Of a DNA stretch of 64,000 nt, positions 48,945 through 59,010 are shown in pieces; within the stretch, counting starts at the first letter, position 1, and every line of letters begins with the position of its first letter. The position numbers and the translations under genes were made by a program. The DNA comes from Chiloscyllium plagiosum (lineage: Eukaryota), in NCBI RefSeq assembly GCF_004010195.1, contig NC_057719.1, positions 17,980,476 to 18,044,475 of the forward strand, read 5' to 3'. The notes below the pieces were generated by a model, which saw only the letters and a list, made by a program, of their open reading frames with translations, was not told the DNA's origin and did not search any database.

Positions 48945-49055
48945 GAAAAGGATCACTGGATCTGAAACATTAACTCTGCTTTCTCTCCACAGATGCTGCC
49001 TGATGCGGTAAGTTTTTCAGCAATTTATGTTTCTGATTTCCAACTCTTTGTTTCG
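48945..49055 (+). mobile_element. PLE terminal repeat, decayed hammerhead
   Basis: GGATC ACTG GATCT-GAAACATT-AACTCTGCTTTCTCTCCACAGATGCTGCC. Confidence 0.8.
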
Positions 49056-50192
49056 CTGGTGTAACTGATGATATTTTGTCTGCAGTACAGGCAATAATTT
49101 CCATTCCCCTGACTGTGAATGGTCCAATAGACTTAATTCTTGGTCAAATACAGAGCGAAGAGCAGCAAACTGGGAAGAGAAATTTTAGAATGTTGAATGG
49201 TTTCAATCAACAGAAATATATCATGTATTATGTAGTGCCCAAAGACTCCACAGATCGTGAAGTATTGTTGCAATATAAGGACTGTTATTAAAACTCTTAA
49301 ACAATATCAAAGTTCTTATTCAGCTGTGAACTTAACTTTTGACACTTTCTCCTCTTCAGCTCAAATACCACAAACTTTCACCTCCATATTATCCCCAAGC
49401 TATTGTTTTACTGCAACTAAAATTCTCAAGCCATGTAATTATGATCTGATTATTCCAGCAGCCTGTTGTTCCCTCACTATTTTTGTCAAAGCCAACTACC
49501 ATAGAGAGTTCAAATTTACAGTGCTGCCTTACAGTTCTGCCTGCAGAACGTCTCCCAGTGCTGCGCATGATAAACTCTCTAGTTGTGGTGACCTGTGCAG
49601 CAAGGAAGTTAGAAGAGAATAGGTCAGAAATGGTAGTAGGAAATTCTGGAGAAACATCAAGATCTGCAACGAGAAATGGTTTGCTAAAGTCCATTTGGTT
49701 AGAAGTTTTGCTAGATATGAATCTGTCTCAACCCTTATCATCAGAAGACCATAAGACCATAAGACACAAGAGCTGAAATTAGGCCATTCAGCCCATTGAA
49801 TCTGCTTCACTATTCAATCCTGGCTGAAAAGTTTCTCAACACCATTCTCCCGCTTTCTCCCTGTAACATTTGATCCCCTTTACAATCAAGAACCTATCTA
49901 TCTCTGTCTTAAATATACTCAATGACCTGGACTCTACAGCCTTCTGTGGCAATGAATTCCATAGATTCACCACTCTCTGGCTGAAAAAGTTTCTCCTCAT
50001 TTCTGTTCCTTTTACTGTAAAGCTGTGCCCTCAGTTCCAAGTCTCTCCTGCTAATGCAAGTAGCTCCCCAAAATCCACTCTGCCAGGCCATTCAGTATTC
50101 TGTAAGTTTCAATTAGATCCTCCTTCATCCTTCTAAACTCCATCGAGTGTAGACCCGAGGTACTCAAATGTTCCTCGTGCTAAACCTTTCAT

Positions 50193-50408
50193 GTAGAAGG
50201 AGTTAGACACGTTAGGAGAATGGGGAAAGAAGTGGCAGATGGAATACAATGTGGAAAAGTGTGAGTTCATGCATTTTGGTAGCAAGAATAGAGGCATGGA
50301 CTATTTTCTAAATGGGGAGAGAGAATTCAGGAATCTGAAGTGTAAAAGGACTTGGGAGTCCGAGCCCGGGATTCTCTTAAGGTAAACTTGCAGGTTGAGT
50401 TGGTAGTT
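50193..50408 (+). mobile_element. Inverted internal CR1 segment inserted in the same element
   Basis: Reverse complement of ~50847-51058; flanked by ~30-bp duplication CTCAAATGTTCCTC..GTGCTAA.CCTTTCAT. Confidence 0.8.
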
Positions 50409-50604
50409 CTCAAATGTTCCTCATGTGCTAAGCCTTTCATTCTCATGAACTTTCTCTGGATCTGCTCCAAAGCCAATTCATCCTTCCTGAGGCAGGGGGC
50501 CCAAAATTGCTCACAATACTTTAAATGTGTTCTGACCAGAGCCTTATAAAGCCAAAGAGGTACATCCGTGCCTTTATATTCTAGTCCTCTCAAGATAAAT
50601 TCAA

Positions 50605-50822
50605 TGAAAGTGAGGACTGCAGATGCTGGAGATTAGAGTTGAAAACTGAAAATACAAAGCCGGTCAGGCAGCATCCAAGGAGCAAGAGTGTTGACGTTTT
50701 GAGCATAAGCGTCTTCATCAGGAATCATTCCTGATGAAGAGCTTATGCTCTCAGCATCAACGCTTCTGCTCCTTAGATGCTGCCTGACTGACTGTGATTT
50801 TCTAGCGCCACAGTTTTCGACT
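50605..50822. mobile_element. PLE-derived fold-back insertion
   Basis: Centre TCTTCATCAGGAAT C ATTCCTGATGAAGA (back-to-back hammerhead 5' halves); helix II variant GAGC TTAT GCTC. Confidence 0.9.
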
Positions 50823-51660
50823 CTTGAAATAAATGCAAACATTCATAACTACCAACGCAACCTGCAAGTTTATCTTAAGAGAATCCTGGGCTAGGACTCC
50901 CAAGTCCCATTGCATTTCAATTCCTGAATTCGCTCTCCCCATTTAGGAAATAGTCGACGCCTCTATTCTTGCTACCAAAATGCATGATCTCACACTTTTC
51001 CACATTGTATTCCATCAGCCACTTCTTTGCCCATTCTCCTAACCTAAGTCCTTCTGCAGCCTCCCCGCCTCCTCAATACTACCTGTCCCTCCACCTATCT
51101 TTATATTATCTGCAAACTTAGCCAGAATGCTCTCAGTTCCTTCATATAGTTCATTAATGTGTAAAGTGAAAAGTTGCGGTCCCAACACTGACTCTTGTGG
51201 AACACCATTGGCTGCCATCCCGAAAAGCACCCTTTTATCCCCACTCTTTGCTTTCTGTAAGACAGCCAAGCTTCTGTCCATGCCAGCACCTTGCCTCTGA
51301 CACCATTGGCCCTTATCTTATTCAGCAGCCTTCTGTGCGGCACCTTGTCAAAGGTCTCCTGGAAGTCCAAGTAATTAACATCCATTGGCTTTCTTTTGTC
51401 TAACCTGCTCATTACTGCCTCAAAGAATTCTAACAGATTTACCAGGTATGACCTCTTCTTGGTGAAACCATGGTGACTTTGCCCTATTTTGCCATGCCAT
51501 TCACAAATCTCATCCTTTACAATGGATTCCAAAATCTTACTAACGACTGAGGCCAGGTCTTTCTCCCTTCTTAAACAGGGGGGGTTACATTAGTGATTTC
51601 CCAGTCCTCTGGGACCCTCCCTGACTCCAGTGATTCCTGAAAGGTCACCACTAACATCTC

Positions 51661-51838
51661 AGCAGGTCAGGTAGCATCCAGGGAATAGGAGAATCGACGT
51701 TTCGGGCATAAGCCCTTCTTCAGGAAGGGCTTATGCCCGAAACGTCGATTCTCTTGTTCCCTGAATGCTGCCTGACCTGCTGCGCTGTTCCAGCAACACA
51801 TTTTCAGCTCTGATCTCTAGCATCTGCAGACCTCACTT
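51661..51838. mobile_element. Young PLE fold-back insertion, 16-bp TSD
   Basis: TCACCACTAACATCTC at 51645-51660 and 51839-51854; near-perfect arms 51661-51718 / 51724-51781. Confidence 0.95.
51691..51726 (-). ncRNA. Minimal type-I hammerhead ribozyme motif, intact core
   Basis: rc UUC-CUGAAGA-A-GGGC UUAU GCCC-GAAAC-GUC-GAUUC, same as 19551-19587. Confidence 0.8.
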
Positions 51839-52137
51839 TCACCACTAACATCTCCACTATCTCTTCAATTATCTCTTTCAGAACTTTGGGGTGTAGTTCA
51901 CCTGGTCCAGGTGATTTATCCACCTTAGATCTTTCAGTTTTATTTAGCACCTTCTTTTTGGTGATGGCCACCATACTCACCTCTGACCCCAACTCTTTTG
52001 AATTTTTCAGATGTTACTCATGTCTTCCACCGTAAAGACTAACATAAAGTACTGATTCAGTTCCTCTGCTATTTCTTTATTCTGTATTTCGACTTCTTCA
52101 GCATCATTTTCCAGCTGTCTAACGTCCATTTTTGTCC

Positions 52138-52283
52138 GGGTAAAAACAATGACTGCAGATGCTGGAAACCAGATTCTGGATTAGTGGTGCTGGAAGAGCA
52201 CAGCAGTTCAGGCAGCATCCAAGGAGCTTTGCTCCTTGGATGCTGCCTGAACTGCTGTGCTCTTCCAGCACCACTAATTCAGA
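52138..52283. mobile_element. Young PLE fold-back insertion, 14-bp TSD, hammerhead absent
   Basis: GTCCATTTTTGTCC at 52124-52137 and 52284-52297; ~53-bp stem with TTT loop. Confidence 0.95.
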
Positions 52284-53799
52284 GTCCATTTTTGTCCCCC
52301 CTTTTGTCCTTTATATATATAAAGAAACCCTTGCAATCTTCTTTAAATTACTGTTTTGATTACCTCATAGTTAACCTATTCCCTCCTTATTTCTTTTTTC
52401 GTTGTTCTCTGTTGGTCTTTGTTGGCTTCCCAATACTCTGGCTTCCCACTGCCCTTCACTGCATTATATGCTTTCTCTTTTGCTTTGATGCAGTCCCTGA
52501 CTTCCCTTATCAGCCATGGTTGTCTCATCCTCCCTTTAGTATGTTTCTTTCTCCAAGGGATGAATTTTTGCTGTATCTCCTGAATTACTTCCAGAAACTC
52601 CTGTCATTGCTGTTCCACTGGCTTTCCTGCGAGGCTTCTCTCCCAGTCAACTCTGGTCAGCTCCTTCTTCATGCCTCGGTAGTTGGCTTTATTCAACTGT
52701 AATACCATTATGTTTGATTTCTGTTTCACCCTCTCATTGCAGAGTAAGTCCTATCATATTATGGTCACTGCCCCCTAAGGTTTCCTTCATCTCAAGGTGC
52801 CTTATCAAATCTGCCTCACTGCACATCACTAGCTCTAGAATTGCCTATTTCCTAATGGGCTCCACCACAAGCTGCTCCAAAACGCTATCTTGTAAACATT
52901 CCACAAATTCCTTTTCTTGCAATCCACTACCAACCTGAGTTTCCCAGTCCACCAGCAAATTAAAATTCCCCATGATCACTTGTAACTTTTTTTTTAATCT
53001 CTTGGTGCATCATGTTCCCCACATCCCAACTATTCTTTAGAGAACTGTACATAACTCCCATTATGGTTTTCCACCTTTGCAGCTCCTCAACTCTACCCAC
53101 ACAAATTCCACATCATCTCACCCTACATTGTTTCTTGCTATTGACTTAATCCATTCCCCTAATTACAAAATCCCCTACAACTACCACTTGTCTTTTTGCT
53201 CCCCCTTCTTGAATGGCCTCCTGTAACCATGGTACCATGGTCAGCTGGTTCATAATATGAATACTTTTTGGTTATAACGTGGATCATTACGAGTGTTAAT
53301 TCACGCGACAGGGCCTCTTGGTCACAAACAAGAATGGCGTCTGGCCATCCAACCGTTATTTGGAAAAAGGGATTACTGATCTTGACATTGAAAAGATCCT
53401 TGCCAGAAAACTCACAAAATCTTCCCAAATTTCTCACCATGGCCCATCGTCATTCAGGTGCTAGGAGGATCTATCTTTAGTTATACTTAAGGACAAAATA
53501 TGGTTCAGGCTTCAGTTTTGCCTTGTGGTTGCTCTTACAAATGATATTATAAATATTAATGCCAACCTTTACTCAACAAACAGGAAGAATTCACAGCATG
53601 ACATGGGCCAAATAAATCATACAAACCTGGGTCCAAGCTTTCAACTATGAAGGCATGTAATAGTAGCAAACCAAAACCATATTAAACTTCCATAAAAATT
53701 TTGCTTAGCAAATATAAAACAATGACTTGCTTTTAAAAGAACCTTCTACTCCATTTGTTCAGTGGGTAATTTTCTTCTCTCTGAATTAGAAAAGAGTTA

Positions 53800-54770
53800 A
53801 TTTTCACTAGAGTGACTTAAGCACAAAATCTTGGTTGACATTTCAGTGCTGTCTGAGGGAATGACAACAGAAAATATGAGTTTTCAAGCCGGGAAAGATC
53901 CCATGTCACACCTTCAAAGAAGAACACAGGGTTTAAATGTTTAGTTGTTTGGAACAAAAATAGAAATTGCTGGAGAAACTCAGTAGATCTGGCAGCATCT
54001 GTGGAGACAAAAACAGAGTTAAGTTTTGGAGTCCAGTGAAGAAAGGGTCATTGAACTCAAAACGTTAACTCTGCTTTCTCTCCCCAGATGCTGAGTTTCT
54101 TCAGCATCTGCAGTTCTTTGTTTTATTTTAATGTTTGGTGTTTGGTTATGTGCATTTTGTATCTGATCCTGCACTGTATGTGATTGGTTAAACCTGATGT
54201 GATCACTAAAGTAAACTGATGCGGTTTGTTTAAAACATGAGGGTGTAGACACTCTAAAGCATTGAATAAAACTCCTGCACATGTGCAGATACTAATGCTT
54301 CATCTCTGTATGTCTCCAAGACTAAAGTATAAAGTTTGGATTTGGATAAAGGAGAAAGAATGTCATGCTCAGTTGTTTGGAGATTGATTGCATGACCCTG
54401 GTCGTCGTTCTCTGCATTGTGTGTGTTGGTCAAGTCTGGACATGGTCACTTTGAAAAGGAAACCAAATTGAGGAAGTTGCTGAAGCATGTGATGATACTT
54501 TAAAGCATTGTACGGACCTCCCGTTGTGCAGATAGAAGCTTGTTCATCAAATCTGTTTATATCTGAGTTCTGAGCATTTTCTTTGGTCCCTGAGCTGGAT
54601 TGTATCCTGGAGTCAACATCTTGTGCTCCAATGGATTATTTGATCATTACTTAATCAATGCTTGGTTTGTGCATAGCTTTTTGCTGCTGCATTTCCTACA
54701 TTACATCAATGAATTTATAATATGTCATTGGCAAAGACTTTGAAAGGTACTTTATGAGCTTGTTTCTTAT
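53800..54770 (+). mobile_element. DeuSINE (SacSINE1-like) remnant split in two (53800-53932 and ~54598-54770)
   Basis: GACTTAAGCACAAAATCTTGGTTGACATTTCAGTGC..AAAGATCCCATG..AAGAAGAACACAGGG, then GATTATTTGATCATTA..GCTGCTGCATTTCCTACATTACA; matches my recollection of the Deu domain. Confidence 0.6.
53953..54128. mobile_element. PLE-derived fold-back insertion
   Basis: Arms CAGCATCTGTGGAGAC..CAGAGTTAA / TTAACTCTGCTTTCTCTCCCCAGATGCTG; degenerate TSD AATGTTT(A/G)G(T)TGTTTGG. Confidence 0.8.
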
Positions 54771-54975
54771 CTTGCTATCTCTTCAAATTATTGAATCTTT
54801 GCTAACATTCAATGCTATAATCACTGAAAGGTGGTGCACAGATTAATACTTTGAAGAGTCCATTAAGCGCAATATCCAGTAGCATGAAGTTGTACATTTA
54901 GTTAAGAGTTAAACTGCAGAACTTGGGTCAGTCTCTACTTTTTTTTTAGCTTTTACTGTGGTTGGCTTATTGCCA

Positions 54976-55185
54976 AGTTAAAAATCACATATCACCAGGT
55001 TATGGTCCAACAGGTTTATTTGGAAGCACTGGCTTTCAGAGCGCTGCTCCTTTGTCAGGTGGTTGTGAAGGAGCAGCGCTCCAAAATCTAATGCTTCTAA
55101 ATAAACTTGTAGGACCATAACCTGGTGTTTTATGAATTTTAACTTTGTCCACCCCAGTCCGACACTGGCATCTCCAAGTCATGAC
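54976..55185. mobile_element. Fold-back insertion of the second PLE family (AGCT-type hammerhead)
   Basis: Arms 54976-55052 / 55066-55145; rc CAC-CTGACAA-A-GGAGC AGC GCTCT-GAAAG-CCA-GTG. Confidence 0.85.
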
Positions 55186-56339
55186 AACCTCTTATTACTA
55201 CATTTCATTTTCCAGTTGTGAGTTGATAAACATTGCTGCCCTCACTGTAAATATCATTTCTTGATTTTCCAATGAAACAGTATATTTATTGGGTAGGTCC
55301 GAAAGGATAGAATCTCACAAGTAACCTAGCTGACAGTTTACAGATTTCCCCTTAATTGAATGACTGGTGGTAATGGGAGGACAGTTAAGCCATGAACTAG
55401 AAGTGTAATGTTGTAACGCTGGATTCAACCAAATACACAATGCGTTACTTAGATTATTTTTCATTGTTTGAAGGCCAAGAGTTTGGAATATGATAGGTAT
55501 CCCATTGGTTCTCAGAACCTGCTTGACATGATTCAGATGTAAGTTAGTAGATTCTGAGGTGTTCATTAGCAGGCCTGAGTATTTAATCATATTTAATGAG
55601 CAGTGCACTGAACTAACTTTTCTCATCTCTTTGAACTTGTACTGCATTCCCCTCTCACACCACCTGACTGATACAGCGGATGTTGGAAAATCATATAGAA
55701 CCAGACTCAAACATTATGTCAAGGGATGACAATGCAGAATTGGAATATGCATTGTCAAGTAAAAGCTATATCTATTTCTACTGGAAAAAAAAAACAGATA
55801 ACTGGAGTCTACAATTTGTGCCTCTCTGTGAATTATTTGCTCTGCTTTGAGAAACATTAAGTGGTATAGTTTATCATTACTGTGCTTTCTTTTCATGGCA
55901 ACAAATATTTGAAAGTTTTGAAGAAATATGAGAGAAGCACCCCATCTTTAGAAAGTACAAGGGTGTAGTCTGAATGGACCATGCTGTCTCAGTTTAAAAA
56001 TATAGGCCAATTTTTCTAGATAAAGAGCGTGAAACAGAAGAGTATAGTACAATAACATATTTCATTTTATTTAATACTGTAACTCGTTGAATTTCCATTT
56101 CCTTTTAGCACTGCTTTAATTCACTTTGGCGTATTTCCCACTCATTTCTTTGGCACATCAATCTTGGACTTGCACCACTGCTCTGACAGAAACAGGAAAA
56201 GGTTCCTTGGTTGAGGCATTCCACTTTCTGACCCACCATTTAAATTCATCTTGCAGATGTTTTTATCCTTCCCAATTTAACCCTTTCTGCACCAACCATG
56301 ACTTATGTAGCCACACATTTCTTCACTTGGCGGTCATTT

Positions 56340-56592
56340 TTAGGCTGAAGGCTTGGTTCGGGCAAGGTATACAGGTCTTTGGCTCGGGGATTCCCTCTGT
56401 AATGTGTCCACCTGTCTATCTCACTTTCTTCCTTAAAGAAATTCTCTAAATCTCTTTGACAACATTTTCAGTCGCCTGTCCTGATATTTCCTTTTTTCTC
56501 TGTGTGATAATTTAAAAATCTTATTACAGCTCTGTGAAGAGACTTGGAATGTTTTATGATATGAAAAGAGCTTTTAAAACAATGTATATGTT
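56340..56592 (+). mobile_element. L2 LINE 3' end
   Basis: GATTCCCTC..CTCTTTGAC..CCTGTCCTGATAT..CTGTGAAGAGACTTGGAATGTTTTA..AAAAGAGCTTTTAAAA. Confidence 0.6.
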
Positions 56593-56958
56593 AGTCATTC
56601 TATTGAGTTCCCAACTGTTTTCCAACTTCATTGATACACTCCTCAGCTAAGTATTGTATAGAGGTTTCTTCTCTCAACAATTGAGATTTGCTCCATTTAG
56701 CTTTTTGGAAAGCAGTTCAATGAATAGACCTGCCAAGATTAAACTATGAAGGATATTTTTCACACTGGATTCTGAAAATCTGAAGAAGTTCTTGGAGTCA
56801 CCTAACAGATTAGTAGCTGACAGAGGAAGATAGAGTAATAGTTTTTGTTGGGACACGTAATTAGAATGACTCTTTAATAAATAGTGATGGACTGTGTTTT
56901 GTTCGTGCACTAGACATGCCAACATAGCCTTTATACGCATTCAGATTGGTATAAGTTA

Positions 56959-57292
56959 GGGCAGCATGGTGGCTCAGTGGTTAGTTCTGCTGCTTCACAG
57001 TGCTAGAAACCCAAGTTCAATTCCACCCTTGGGCAACGGCCTGTGTGGAGTTTGCATGTTCTCCCCGTGTCTGTGGGTTTCCTCCAAATGCTCTGGTTTC
57101 ATCCCACAGTCTAAAAAGAAGCAGGTTAGGTTGAATGGCTATGTTAAATTGGCCTGAGGTGTGCTGGTTAGGTGGGCTAGCCTTGAATAAAGGAGGGCTA
57201 CAGGGATGGGGTGGGTCTGGGTTGGATGCTCTTTCGAGGGTTGGGTTGGACTCGATGGGTCAAATGCCTGCTTCCACACTGCAGGGATTCTG
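56959..57292 (+). mobile_element. HE1-type V-SINE
   Basis: GGGCAGCATGGTGGCTCAGTGGTTAG; AGTTCAATTCC; V domain. Confidence 0.92.
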
Positions 57293-57327
57293 TGAAGACC
57301 TGTCCCATCAACTACCTTCAATTCCAT

Positions 57328-57512
57328 AGGTAAAAACAATGACTGCAGATGCTGGAAACCAGATTCTGGATCAGTGGTGCTGGAAGAGCACAGCAGTTCA
57401 GGCAGCATCCGACGAGCAGCAAAATCGACGGGCTTTTGCCCGAAACGTCGATTTTGCTGCTTGTCGGATGCTGCCTGAATTGCTGTGCTCTTCCAGCACC
57501 ACTGATCCAGAA
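57328..57512. mobile_element. Young PLE fold-back insertion, 15-bp TSD
   Basis: TACCTTCAATTCCAT at 57313-57327 and 57513-57527; ~65-bp arms around GGGCTTTTGCCCGAAA. Confidence 0.95.
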
Positions 57513-57894
57513 TACCTTCAATTCCATGTCAACACTTTGTATGTAAAAAGGGGAAAAAAAAATATAATTTGTTCATGATGCTAGAGTAGAATAGATGCTA
57601 GTTGGATTGGCTATTTTGATTTTATTGGTAAGGCAAATGGTGTAGGGTAAATAAAGTCAATGTGTTAAATGCATGGTTCAAAAATTGGTGTGGAAGGAAT
57701 AGTTTTACAGGACTCTTGTACCACTATGGCATTAAAAATGAGCTGTTCTAATTGGTCAGTCTTCACTTGAATAGGACAGGCAGAAAGGAAAGGTTGGTGT
57801 TATAGCTTTACTAGTCTGAAATGGAATAATTACAAACAAGAAATTATCTTCAACAAGAAGATGGAACGTCAGAGGCTGAGGCATGACCAATTCA

Positions 57895-58215
57895 AAATTT
57901 ATAAAATCATGAACGACATGGATAGGGGAGTCCAAAACTAGAGGGCATAGATTTAAGGTGAGAGGGAAAAGATTTAAAAGGCACCTAAGCAGCAACTTTT
58001 CACGCAGAGGGTGGAGCGTGTATGGAACAGGCTACCAGAGGAAGTGGGATAGTACAATTACAACTTTTAAAATCTGGATGGGTATATGAACAGGAAGAGC
58101 TCAGAGGATTATGGGCCAAATACTGACAAATGGAACTAGATTAATTTAGTATAACTGGTCGACATGGACGAGTTGGACCATAGGGTCTGTTTCCGTGCTA
58201 TACATCTCTATAACT
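57895..58215 (+). mobile_element. CR1 3' end
   Basis: AAAACTAGAGGGCATAGATTTAAGGTGAGAGGG; same family as 31880-32580. Confidence 0.9.
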
Positions 58216-58217
58216 GT

Positions 58218-58532
58218 GGGCGGCACGGTGGCACAGTGGTTAGCACTGCTGCCTCACAGCGCCAGAGACCCGGGTTCAGTTCCCGCCTCAGGCGACTGAC
58301 TGTGTGGAGTTAGCACGTTCTCCCCGTGTCTGTGTGGGTTTCCTCCGGGTACTCCGGTTTCCTCCCATAGTCCAAAGATGTGCAGGGTCAGGTGAATTGG
58401 CCATACTAAATTGCCCGTAGTGTTAGGTAAGGGGTAAATGTAGGGGTATGGGGTGGGTTTCGCTTCGGCGGGTCGGTGTGGACTTGTTGGGCCGAAGGGC
58501 CTGTTTCCACACTGTAATGTAATCTAATCTAA
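58218..58532 (+). mobile_element. Young, CpG-rich HE1-type V-SINE inserted at the CR1 tail
   Basis: A box TGGCACAGTGG (58229), B box GGTTCAGTTCC (58273), V domain, tail (TAATC)n. Confidence 0.95.
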
Positions 58533-58559
58533 TAACTCTCTGTTGAATCCATATAGGTG

Positions 58560-59010
58560 GATGTAAGAAATAGCAAAAGGAAGAAGATTCTGGAACCCCT
58601 AACAGTAGCTATATTGTCGGAGAGAGAATAAATCAGGAGACAATGAGGATATGTGAAATAGGAAGTGCATTAATTATGGGCAATTTAAATATTCATGTAG
58701 ATTGGGGAAATTGAATTGGCTGCGGGATCCAAGCAGAAAGAATTCATTGAGTGTATTAAAGGCAGTTTCCTAAATCAATGTGTAGTGGAACCAAACAGGG
58801 ATCTGAATAGTTTTGACCTGGTGATGTGTTATAAGGCAGGCCTCATGAATCATCTTGGCATAAAAAATCACCCAAAAATAGTGACATTGACATAGTAGAA
58901 GTTAGCATTCAGTTTCAGAGTAGGGAACTTGAGTTGGAAATAGTGGTACTAATCTTCAGTAAGAGTAGTAACAAAGAAATAAGGGTTGGAGTGAATTGGA
59001 AAGGAGTTTA
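58560..59010 (+). mobile_element. CR1 endonuclease-domain remnant
   Basis: Translates like IMGNLNIHVDW..EFIECIKGSFLNQCVVEPNR..DLV. Confidence 0.7.

Larger units (their letters stand above)
49745..53160 (-). mobile_element. Long CR1 LINE (endonuclease + RT + 3'UTR), disrupted, hosting several insertions
   Basis: rc ORFs HHGFTKKRSYLVNLLEFFE..YLDFQETFDKVPH; GVPQESVLGPQLFTLHINEL..AKFADNIKIGG; LYKALVRTHLKYCEQFWAP; KSPGPGELHPKVLKE; IMGNFN near 52960; tail (AAGACCAT)n. Confidence 0.93.

Noticed and set aside
52184..52702. 172-aa hydrophobic ORF
   Set aside because: Antisense frame of CR1 plus hairpin; low complexity
58218..58290. tRNA gene
   Set aside because: tRNA-like head continues directly into the V domain and CR1 tail; it is a SINE, as are the other HE1 copies
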